Assembly: GCA_047967505.1 (NCBI GenBank)
Contig: CM106538.1
DNA from: Dipteris shenzhenensis
Taxonomy: Eukaryota
DNA length: 64,000 nucleotides
Reading direction: 5' to 3' (one strand)
Shown: one piece after another, positions 38,964 to 49,746 of the stretch
Layout: each line of letters starts with the position of its first letter
Position numbering within the stretch: the first letter of the stretch is position 1
Made by a program: the position numbers and the translations under genes
Notes under the pieces: model-generated
Databases searched by the model: none
Told to the model about the DNA's origin: nothing
Seen by the model: only the letters and a program-made list of their open reading frames with translations

Positions 38964-41900
38964 ATGGCTTCAAGTTTTGGTTCCAAGGTGTCTTTCAAAT
39001 ATCTTGAACATGCTTAGTATTTTATGGAGCGCAAATCAAAGTATTTTTTGGTGATCATTGCCGAGAATGTGTCAAGCGTGAAATATTCTCTAGAGGTAGT
39101 AATAAATGGTGGCATGGTCTCAACCATTAACATTAAAGAAAACAATTTGATAGAAGTTCTGTGCAAAGGAAAGAATGATGATGTGGTCTATAAGTTACGA
39201 GTTATGCACAAGCACTTCTTGAAGCCCTTACTGGATTTAATTGAGGGATCCCAAGAATTACTTAGTGCCTTGGAAGCATTGAAGAAAATGTGGGATGCAT
39301 TTCCAAGTGGTGGTGTTTTACCTTTAGCAGTAATAAGTATGCCATCTATAACATGTAGCCCTTAAGTTGTACCGCCAATATCTGTGGCGATAACTATGGT
39401 ATCTCTGACAAGAGTAACTACAATATCTGCTGCAGTAACTATAGTATCCAATTGTACCTACACCATCAACTACTGCAACTACAAGAACAAGGAGTGATCG
39501 TGGAGCAGATTCCAGTTTGACAGCTATTCCCAGAAAGAGAGCCAAAATAACTCCTACTCCATGTGCAGATCGTTCAAGTGTAGGTTATTTAAAACTAGGC
39601 AAAAATTTGGATAGTGATTATCACGAGGATCCGCAAGAAGAAGATACAAGTCTCGCAGACTTTTCTATGTGGCAAACTTACATCCTCCAGAGGATGAGGG
39701 GTACATTTGCTTGATCCACTTGCATGTCCTTCACCCAAGATCAAGGGTGCCTTCCTCACTTTTAATTTCAAGGGAAGTGCTTCCACCTCTTTAGCCTTAC
39801 CTTTTCCTATGACGTGTTGTACTGCTACTTCTTGCTGCCATGGGACTTCTCATGAGATGAGTGGAACCTCCTTGACTCTAATTGACAATTGATCACCCTT
39901 ATTCTTTGTGTGGATTTCTTGTTGGCGTAAGTTTGGCGTAAGTCATTGTATTCAGAGCTTTCATCCTCATCATCACCCTTAGACTCACTACCCTTATCTT
40001 CGACATTTTCCTCACTACGCTCTTCTTTGACATTTCCCTCTTCAAAGAAGGTAGTGCAACTGTAATATGTGTCAAAGAACCCAATCTAATGGGGGGTATC
40101 ACTGACATTTACATTTCTACCTTGGCCTAGCAATTTCTCAGCAGCAAAACCCATTCAATACAATGCTACTTCTTACCCATCATTCAGTAAAGTCTTTGTC
40201 ATCTCTAGTATCACACCAGGATGCTCGGCTTTCTATCATCCACCATTGTTGCATCAAGCTGAACCTTATTGTCCTCAAAGTAATAAAGCTTGAGAGTCCT
40301 TATAGGAATTTTGATTAGATTGCCACCACACCTGCATAAGAAGCACATCAAGAAAGGTTGCAAGACCTAAATGGTGGTGCCTTATAAGACAGTTATATGA
40401 TTGTATAGGACTATACCATGGTATACTTTTGAAAGTAAATACCCAAATGCAGATGTCAAACTCGCATACAAGGCATCCCTTTGTGATTCTGTCATGAACA
40501 GGACCAATGTTGATCTTTTCTTATCTGCCATAGGACCTTCTATGATAAACCGCACAAGTATAACTATCTATGACACTGCAAGGTCTTGCAATTCATCTAT
40601 GAAAAATACACATGGCTTCTCCCAAGCGTGACTGCTCATTGTTATGAAATGCTCTGTATCAATGCCATTGATGTGTGCAAATTTTGTATCATTCTCTAAT
40701 AGCAAGATATCATAGGAGAAGTTGAATGGAGAACCATCATGTAAACCACCAATTGCTCTACCTTATGCAGTGGACTGCAAGGCCTTTTTCTTGATGTCCA
40801 TATATTTTGTCTCAACAACCTTTGGCATTTTAGCTCTTAGATCCTTTGTTGGTGTGACATCTGCATCCATTGGAGCCAACCACTTTCTAGTCCATGTCTT
40901 ATCAAGGAGTTGACCTAGGCTAAGTTCTTTCTTCTTATCCACATCAATTGACTTGCTAGCTAACTCATCATCAGATTTTAATAAAAACAATAGTGCCGAC
41001 AGTGCAGCCTCAATTTGAATCATTCGAGTGACCACTTCATCCAAGTTGCTATGCTTGCTTTTCTTTCCAAAGAAGCAGTCACCACTTCGGATCTTCTTGC
41101 ATACTTCTTCTATTATTGCATCTGGAACAAACCTTAATGCTCTCCACTAAACAATAGACATCGGTTTCATTATCTCTTTCCTCCGAGTGGCAGTGTGCTC
41201 TGGTGCCTCAAAGGATATCTTTCCTGTTTCATATGCTTGGCAAACATCCATGATACTGTGAAACACTGAGTCCTCGTGGAAGACAATGCAAGTAACATCC
41301 CTGTATCTTGCAACGGCGGCGTTCAGACCCTTTGCCTCAAGCTTATTACTTGGTATGCCTTGTGTATTGCTTACAACACCTTTCAAGCATCTATAGAACC
41401 GAGTCCTCTTTGCCATGTACTCAAATGTAGGTATCTTGCCCTTCACTGTTTGTAGCTTTGCATAGCCTACCCATAACTCCCTTGCCTTTATCAAGATCTC
41501 AGAAAGAGAAGAGATTTTTTTCAACCTAAATGGAGAAGAATTTAGGCTTTATGATTCTAGAATGTACTTCGAGTCATCATTAAATATGCATACATGACAA
41601 ATGACCCGTTGAAACTTTTCCATCCACTCAATCTATGGCAAGTTTCCTTTTCTTCCCTCATTAAGGGCGGTCCTGCAAGCTTCACAAAAGTGTTGCCCAT
41701 CAATGGGCTCAAATCTGCATCTTTCCAAGAATCTATTCTTTGCCAGCATGTATCTCTTCTCGATGTCATCCCCATATCGGCTTTGGTATGAAGCCTCTTT
41801 ACGAACAAAGTCACTCCTTCTAAAGTTCTCAAAAGCATCAAGAAAGTCCATGCGCTTTTGAAATGTGACATCATGCAATGTAGGATCATCTTCTTGAAGT

Positions 41901-42374
41901 CTCTTGAATGCCATAGGAGGAAGAGTGATATTAGTGGCAACTGGAGTTCTTGTTTTCCTCGTATCTTCATATAATTTGCGTGCAAATGTCTTATCTAGCT
42001 TTCTTTAATTTGTGAACAATGAAGCTCGATCAATAAGCATTGTGGCCACGCTGAATTGGGAAGCCTTACCCAAAGAAGGTATGGATGAGGCAAAGCATCA
42101 CGAGGAGGAGTTACCAGGAGGCATAGATGGCTCTTCAACCATGACCTTACAGACTCCAGAGCAGCCTACTAGTCAAGTGCTTGGCATTGAAGAGAAAACT
42201 AATGAGGAACTTGCTACTGAGACTCTAGTCTTAGAGTAGCCTATTAGTCAGGACCTTGGTAGTCAAGGGCACATTGAGGACATTGGTATTGTCTTAGAGT
42301 AGCCTATTAGACAGGACCCTGGTAGTCAAGGGCCTGGCATTGAGGACATTGGTATTGAGGAACATGATGGCTGA
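38964..42374 (+). pseudogene. Large decayed gene (about 1,100 codons) with a ParB-like DGQH domain; central 39706-42094 segment is inverted (currently on the minus strand)
   Basis: ATG at 38964 follows an acceptor-like poly-T...AG. The + frame ends RMRGTFA* and continues in frame after re-inversion as TFASSIPSLGKASQFSVATMLIDR..RKLDKTFARKL..FEPIDGQHF. An acidic C-terminus lies on + at 42095-42374. Confidence 0.7.
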
Positions 42375-42982
42375 TGGCTTTGTAATCACAAGTTTTGAAC
42401 TTCTATGTAAAGCGAATATTTAATAAAAAGTTAACTACTTTTTTGATTTCTTGACTCTCATTATTGTGTACAAAGATTGTTTATGAGGTCCATTTTATGC
42501 TTAACGGTGCATTTAAAACTTTATGTCAATGTATTTTTATAGTTAAAGGTGTTTTTTAATACCAAGTGAGGTGTATATGTACACCACTTACACATAAAAG
42601 GATTTATGTACACTACCTTTCTAAGGGGTTTATGTACACCACCTTTCTAAAAGAAATGGTCATAAAGGTGTGTTCACACCACTTATATATAAGGGTGTTT
42701 ATTTAAACCATCTTTTTAAGAGAATTGGTCATGTATTGATGTTCTTAGGTGATAGTAGCTCAATTCATAATAAGTTATGAAGATGTTTATGTAGACCACC
42801 TTTGTAAGAGATTTGGTTATGCATTGATGTTCTTAGTACTTAATCACCAAATCTTTTGTTTTGAGTTATCAAATCTAGTTTAAAAAACAATATTACGAGT
42901 ATATTCAAAAAATTTTGACTATTTTTTAGTACATTTCTCAAATTGGACTTTACACAAGTCTAAAAATTTTGAATAGTGTGTT

Positions 42983-44228
42983 GGATGTGCTTGACATTAA
43001 GGCAAAAATGGTATTTAATGCTCAATCGACCATGCAATGCATATTCGATGGGTGCAATACTTTACTTGAACCTCAACCTAGGTGGTATTGACTTGTTTGC
43101 AAAGAGGACACCCATCCGATAAGTACTTGGTCGAATAACACACCTAAGAGCGTGTTTTTTTACATATGTGAATAATATTAGGGGAAAAACGGTGTATAAT
43201 GCATGATTGACCATGCAAAGCATATCTCATGGGCACAATACTTTGCACACACCTCAACCTAGTTGAACTTGACTTGCGTGCAAAGTGGATCCCCCATCCG
43301 ATAAGTACTTGTTTGAATAACATACCTAGGACCATGTTTTTTTATGGTTGTGCATCACACTATGGCAAAACGGTGTTTTATGCTTGATCGACAATGCAAA
43401 GCATATCAGATGGGCACAATACTTTGCACACACCTTAAACTAGGTGGAATTGACTTACATGCAAAGTGGCACACCCATCCCATAAGTACTTGTTCAAATA
43501 ACACATCTAGGACCGTGTTTTTTAACGGTTGTGCATGACGCTAAGGCAAAAATGGTATATAATGCATGATTGCCTATGCAAAGCATGTCTAATGGGCACA
43601 ATAATTTGCATATGCCTCAACCTATGTGGTGTTGAGTTTCATGCAAAGTGACACACCCATACCATGAGTACTTGTTTGGATAACACACCTAGGAGAGCGT
43701 TTTTTTATGGTAGTGCATATCATAAGGACAAAAATGGTGTATAATGCATGATTCACAATGCAAATCATATCCGATGGGCACAATACTTTGTGTGCACCTC
43801 AACCTAGGTGGTATTGACATGTGTGCAAAGAGGTGCCCCCATCCGATAAGCACTTGTTTGAATAACACACCTAGGACCGTGTTTTTTGATAGTTGTGCAT
43901 GACACTAAGGCAAAAACGGTATTTAATGCTCCCTCGACCATGCAAAGCATATCTGATGGCCACAATTCTTTGCATGCACCTCAAAAGCAGTGGTATTGAG
44001 TTGCATGCAAAGTGGTACACCCATCTGATAAGCACTTGTTTGGATAACATACCTAAAAGCGTGTTTTTTAATTGTTGTGCATGAGATTGAGGCACAAACT
44101 GTGTTTAATGCGCGATATACCATGCAAAGCATATCCGATTGAAACAATAATTTTCACACACCTCAACCTATGTTATTGAGTTACATGCAAAGTGGCGTGT
44201 CCATCCGATAAGTACTTGATTAGATAAC
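42983..44228 (+). repeat. Satellite array 2: one complete 7-monomer higher-order unit of the ~181-bp satellite
   Basis: Same monomer and same order of variants as array 1; marker ctagttgaacttgac at 43259. Confidence 0.95.
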
Positions 44229-44320
44229 TTCTCCCACCAATAAATAATGTACTAATTAAAAATTATAGTAAATAAGTAGATTATTAAAAAGAGACTAATA
44301 TTTATGTAATTGTTGATGCA

Positions 44321-45139
44321 GCTTGCTTGCAAAGTACTTTCACAATGGAGATGGCTATAGATTTTGTTCCAGGGATGGATGTGATTTTATGTAGTAAAAG
44401 AGAAGTAGTTGCATTTGCTACAATCCATGATAGTGATCCCAATTCAGTTTGCCACTTTCAAAGACTTGGCGAAGATAAGGTGGTGGTTATTGTATCAAAG
44501 ATTCTTAGCGCACATGTTGAGCTAAAGTATAAAATGCTCCATATGGAAACACTTAGAGATGTTATGCCCTGTAATACATCCAAGAAATCATTTATAGCAT
44601 GGGACAGAGATGAGACTTATGCAACAGACATTATCAAGAATACAAAGTGCACCACCTTGGATTTTACTGTAGGGGACATTTTACAAATGAGGTCATTTGC
44701 AAATAAAAATGTAGCAGACGGTGAAGTATTGGGATTTGAACAAGTGGAGCAATCGTCATTTGCACAGATGATGGTATGGTTGATAACATATCATCCTTAT
44801 GTGATCCCTACTATGAGGTAGGCAAGAATATGAAATGGAGCATGTAATTTTTAAATATGAGAAAGAGGCACATGGTTTTCAATGATAAGGTATACTATAA
44901 TATCAAAGGACCTAAAAAGTGTGCCCATGTGCCAAGCTCTATTACTTCAAACATGGATGATTTCAATGTACTCAATTATAGAAGTGACATCTTATGTGGA
45001 GTGGATGAGTTCATTGGTTCCAAGAAACAAAAAGATTTTAGAAGTGAAGCCTTATCTGGGGTGGATGAATTCTTGCACAATGAGAAGGGCAAAGGTTTCA
45101 ATAGCGATGTCTTGTCAGGTGTGGATGAGTTCATGCATA
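44321..45139 (+). pseudogene. CACTA/EnSpm TnpA-like (Tnp1-type domain) exon remnant ending in three 60-bp repeats
   Basis: Acceptor tgcag at 44320. VVAFATIHDSDPNSVCHFQRLGEDKVVVIVSKIL...TLRDV...FIAWDR resembles the Tnp1/EnSpm domain, and a second partial copy follows (VADGEVLG). gtggatga recurs at 45001, 45061 and 45121. Confidence 0.6.
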
Positions 45140-45860
45140 GGGTGGTAGCAAGCTAAGGGTGTCCACTTCCGGACCACTTTCAGGTGAGTGTGACACCCGC
45201 TCGAGTGAAAATACAAAGGTTTTGCTTCGGTCTGCAATACCTCGATCGAGGTATTAGTTCCAATGAAAATCACACACGAGGACAACCAAGCCAAGCCAAT
45301 ACCTCGATCGAGGTGCTGGGCTTTTTTCACCAGACCGAGCCTATACCTCGATCGAGGTTTGCTGGCAAGCCACCTATACATGCCACATCTACCTCGTTCG
45401 AGGTATCGTGGCAATCCAGCTACACCTCGATCGAGGTAATGTGGCATGTCCAGCATACCTCGATCGAGGTATGTGCCATCCGACAGGGCAACTGACATAC
45501 CTCGATCGAGGTATGCTGGACCGATGACTTGGCCGCCATGTCGAATACGTCAATCGAGACATGTGGCATCCGGCTGCTGTCGACATACCTCGATCGAGGT
45601 ATCGTGGCATGTCAATACCTCGATCGAGATACACGTACCGAGATGTCGAGGTATCGTGGCATGTCTATACCTCGATCAAGGTAGATATACCGAGATGTAT
45701 GGGCATGTCAAAATACCTCGATCGAGGTATCGTGGCATGTCTATACCTCGATCCGATATGTATGTTGCATGCGAAATACCTCGATCGAGGTAGGGAAACC
45801 CTAAATTTTCTTATAAAAGGAGAGCAACCCCCCTCATTCTGCATACCTCGATCGAGCTCC
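45140..45860 (+). mobile_element. Left end of a TIR transposon with about 14 subterminal copies of the palindrome ATACCTCGATCGAGGTAT
   Basis: It begins GGGTGGTAGCAAGCTAAGGGTGTCCACTT, the same end as the 27999 element, and truncates the TnpA-like ORF. Palindromes run from 45237 to about 45856. No right end was found. Confidence 0.7.
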
Positions 45861-45999
45861 TCCTCATCGACCGATTTCGGATTTGCGGGACGTCGACAGA
45901 ATTGCACCAGTGACGGAGAGCGACCGACGGACATCGACGGAGATGGACGGAGCGGGAGAGTCCAGGTAGGGTTTTTTTTATCTAGATTTTTTTTTTGCT

Positions 46000-47350
46000 A
46001 AAATTTATTTAAATTTTACTTTATAGGAATAATTATAAAAATTTTCTAAATTTCAAATGCATTTTAATGTTTTTTTGAAATTTTTGAATTACGACATTTT
46101 TTATTTAAAATGTGAAAATGAAAAAAAAATATTAAATAAAAAAACGTTCATATGAATAATTATAAAATATTTCTAAATTTCAAATGCATTTGTAAATTTT
46201 TTTAAAATTTTTGAATTACGACATTTTTAATTTAAAATGTGAAAATGTAAAAATTATTGTTTTTTAAAATCATCTTTGAAAATAAAGAGATTAAAGTTAT
46301 TTTTTAAATTAGAGCTATTTTTATTTAAATAAAAAAATGTTTAAATTTTAGTTCACAGGAATAATTATAAAATATTTTTAAATTTGAAATGCATTTTAAA
46401 GTTTTTTTAAAATTTTTGAATTACGACATCTTTTATTTAAAATGTGAAAATGTAAAAATTATGTTTTTTAACATCATCTTTGAAAAAAAAGAGATTAAAG
46501 TTATTTTTTAAATTAGAGCTATTTTTATTTTTATAAAAAAACGTTTAAATTTTAGTTCACAGGAATAATTATAAAATATTTTTAAATTTGAAATGCATTT
46601 TAAAGTTTTCTTTAAATTTTTGAATTACGACATTTTTTAATTCAAAATGTGAAAATGTAAAAATGATGTTTTTTAAAATCATCTTTGAAAAAAAAGAGAT
46701 TAAAGTTATTTTTTAAATTAGAGCTATTTTTATTTAAATAAAAAAACGTTTAAATTTTAGTTCATAAGAATAATTATAAAATATTTCAAATTTCAAATGC
46801 ATTTTAAATTTTTATTTAAAATGTGAAAATGTAAAAATTAGGTTTTTTTAAATCACCTTTGGAAAAAAAGAGATTAAAGTTATTTTTTTTAATTAGAGCT
46901 ATTTTAATTGAAATAAAAGAACGTTTAAATCTTAGTTTATAGGAATAATTATAAAATATTTCTAAATTTGAAATGCATTTTAAAGTTTTTTTAAATTATT
47001 TTTGGAATTATGTAATTTTTTATTTAAAATGTGAAAATGTAAATATTTTGTTTTTAAAATCATCTTTTAAAAAAAAGAGATTTTAAATTAGTGCTATTTT
47101 TTTTTAATAAAGAAACGTTTAAATTTTAGTTTATAGGAATAATTATAAAATATTTCTAAATTTGAAATGCATTTTAAAGTTTTTTAAAATTATTTTTGGA
47201 ATTACGTAATTTTTTATTTAAAGCTTGAAAATGTATATATTTTGTTTTTTGAAATCATCTTTTTAAAAAAAGAGATTAAAGATATTTTTTTTATTAGTGT
47301 AATTTATATTTAAATAAAAAACATTTAAATTTTATTTTTAAAAATGATCT
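46000..47350 (+). repeat. AT-rich tandem repeat, monomer about 205 bp, about 6 copies
   Basis: aattagagctatttt recurs at about 46306, 46510, 46715 and 46890; ttacgacat and ggaataattataaaa recur with the same period. Confidence 0.85.
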
Positions 47351-48379
47351 TTCAAAAAAAGAAAATAAGAGTTTAAGTTAGTGAAGTTTTTATTTAAATG
47401 TCAAAAAGTATATAATTTGTTTTTTAAAATAATCTATTAAAAAAATTTATAAGTGAAGTTTACAAATTATTGAAGTTTTGAATTTAATATAACGTTTAAA
47501 TTTTGTTTTAAGAAATCATGTATCAAGAACAAGAAAATAAGAATTTTGTTAAAATAAGAAAATCATGTATTAAAAACAAGAAAACAAGAAAACAAGAACA
47601 AGAAAAAGAGAGATTAAAGTAGGTTTTATGTTATTTTTGAAATTGGTGCTATTTTTATTTAAATAAAAAAACGTTTAAATTTTCGTCTTCAAAACCATCT
47701 TTTAAAAAATCATCTTTTATGTGGAATATTATAGATTATATAGTTGGTTAAGAGTTGTTTCATAATTTAGGTAGAGTAAGTAGGCTGTATAAAACACCAC
47801 ATGGGCATTATCCCTAAAATACCACACCACATGGGCAAAGACCCCAACACTAGAGTGGTTAGATGCATAAGCGTATGGCTAATTGGATCTTCTAAATGCA
47901 CCAGTGCATCGAAAACACATACGTAATTTATGATTGTCCAAAGGTCTCCTCTCTCCCCAAGCATGGGAACCAAGTGATGATCTATAGGAATGGCCACTAG
48001 TTGAGGTGGATTGCCCAACCAAAATAGATAATATTGAAAAGGCTTAATTATTTTCTCAAAGTTCTCGCTTTAAAAGGTCTGTAGTGTCAACCCGCTCTCT
48101 TTTTTAATGTGTAGTCCGAGAAATACTAGATGCGCCTTGCTTGTGTATCTTTCAAAGTAATGTATTAGGTATCCTTCTATCTCCTCCATATCTATTGCAA
48201 ACCCAAGGCAGTAAAGCATTCAAAGAAGGTCTTATTAACCAAACCTCTCCACTATCTGTCCTTAGTATAGGGGCCATAAGTGAACAATGTGGTCCTTACA
48301 CCACATGTGGAAAAGTTTCATATTGGATAAAAAGTAAAAAAAGGGAAACATATAAGGAAAAAATATTTGAGACATCTAA

Positions 48380-49650
48380 GTTTGACCTTACTCTAACAAA
48401 AATATTTATCATCTCGCAGTGTGGGAAACAAAGGGTTATCTACCCTAAAACAATATGCTATGCTACTCCAAATGCAATAAATCCTATACATAATATCTAT
48501 ACCATCATTTATTATATTTCTACCAAGTTTTTTCTTCTTCTAACCATCGATGCCTAGCATGGCTATGAAAAACCAATGTTGGTGACCCTCACGTGTTCTA
48601 GTGTGTGCAATGGGGATTAGTAAAACAAAAAGGAATGTATAGAACTGTCTATGGGACAATATTTAGTATGGTTCTTGGTAGCAGTGTTATTAAGAATGAC
48701 ACCAAGTCTGGGTCCATTATGAGATATAGAGCAATGGATTGGAACTTACCCTAAAAATCTTATAGTTTGCGGTGTGGCCAAAAAAGGGTTGTCTACCATA
48801 AACCAATATGCAACATTCCTCAAAATGAAATAAAACCTATCCAAAATCTTTATGACATCATGTATTAGAGACCTACAAAGTTTCAACTTGTTTTGACCAT
48901 CGATGTCCAACATGGTTATGAAAAACTAACGTTGTTGACCCACACATATTCTAGTGTGCACGATGAGGTTCTTTAAAATAAAAACGCATATATACACCAA
49001 TTTACAAGGCATATGAATGATAAGCTTATCAAGTCTCAATCCAATACAAGATATAGAGCCTTGGATTTGACCTTACCATAGCAAAAATATTTCTCAATGC
49101 AATGCGACAATATGCTACACTACTCCAAATGCAATAACTCCTAGACATAATATCTATGCCATCATGTATTATATTGCTACCAAGTTTTGTCTTCTTCTGA
49201 CCATCAATGCCCAACATGGTTATGAAAAACCAACATTGGTGACCCTAACGTATTCTACAGTGCATGATGGGAATTTGTGAAATAAAAAGGCATGTATAGA
49301 GCTATTTATGGAACAAGATTAGGTATGGTTCTTGGGTACAATGTTATTGAGAGTGATACCAAGTCTCGGTCCATTATGAGAGATAAAGCAGTGGATTTGA
49401 ACTTACCCTATCAAAAAAGTTTCACCTCAAGGTGTGGCCAAAAAAGGGTTGTCTACTGTAAACCAATATGCTATGCTCCTCAAAATGAAATAAAACCTAT
49501 CCTAAATCTTTATGACATCATTTATTAGAGACCTACCAAGTTTCAACTTGTTTTGACCATTGGTGTCCAAGGTGGTTATGAAAAACCAATGTTGGTGACC
49601 CACATGTGTTCTAGTGCGCACAACGAGGTTCTTTAAAGCAAAAAGGCATG
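48380..49650 (+). repeat. Four diverged ~300-360-bp coding-like repeats in A-B-A-B order (decayed repeat-domain ORF)
   Basis: Translations repeat CG(K)QRV(I/V)Y.K(T/P)ICYA.(P/Q)N.I.PI.N.Y.II; accatcgatg..catgg.tatgaaaaa.c.aa recurs four times. Confidence 0.65.
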
Positions 49651-49746
49651 TATCCATTTGTTGAATCCTTCATGATGTTCCATTAGAAAAGAGTGGCATT
49701 ACTAATCATCCTCCTATCAGCCATAGGCAAGCAATCTTGAGAGGAG

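Noticed and set aside
45237-45860. CRISPR-like array of palindromic repeats with spacers
   Set aside because: The context is eukaryotic, no cas genes are present, spacing is irregular and the spacers are related to each other. Transposon subterminal repeats explain it better.
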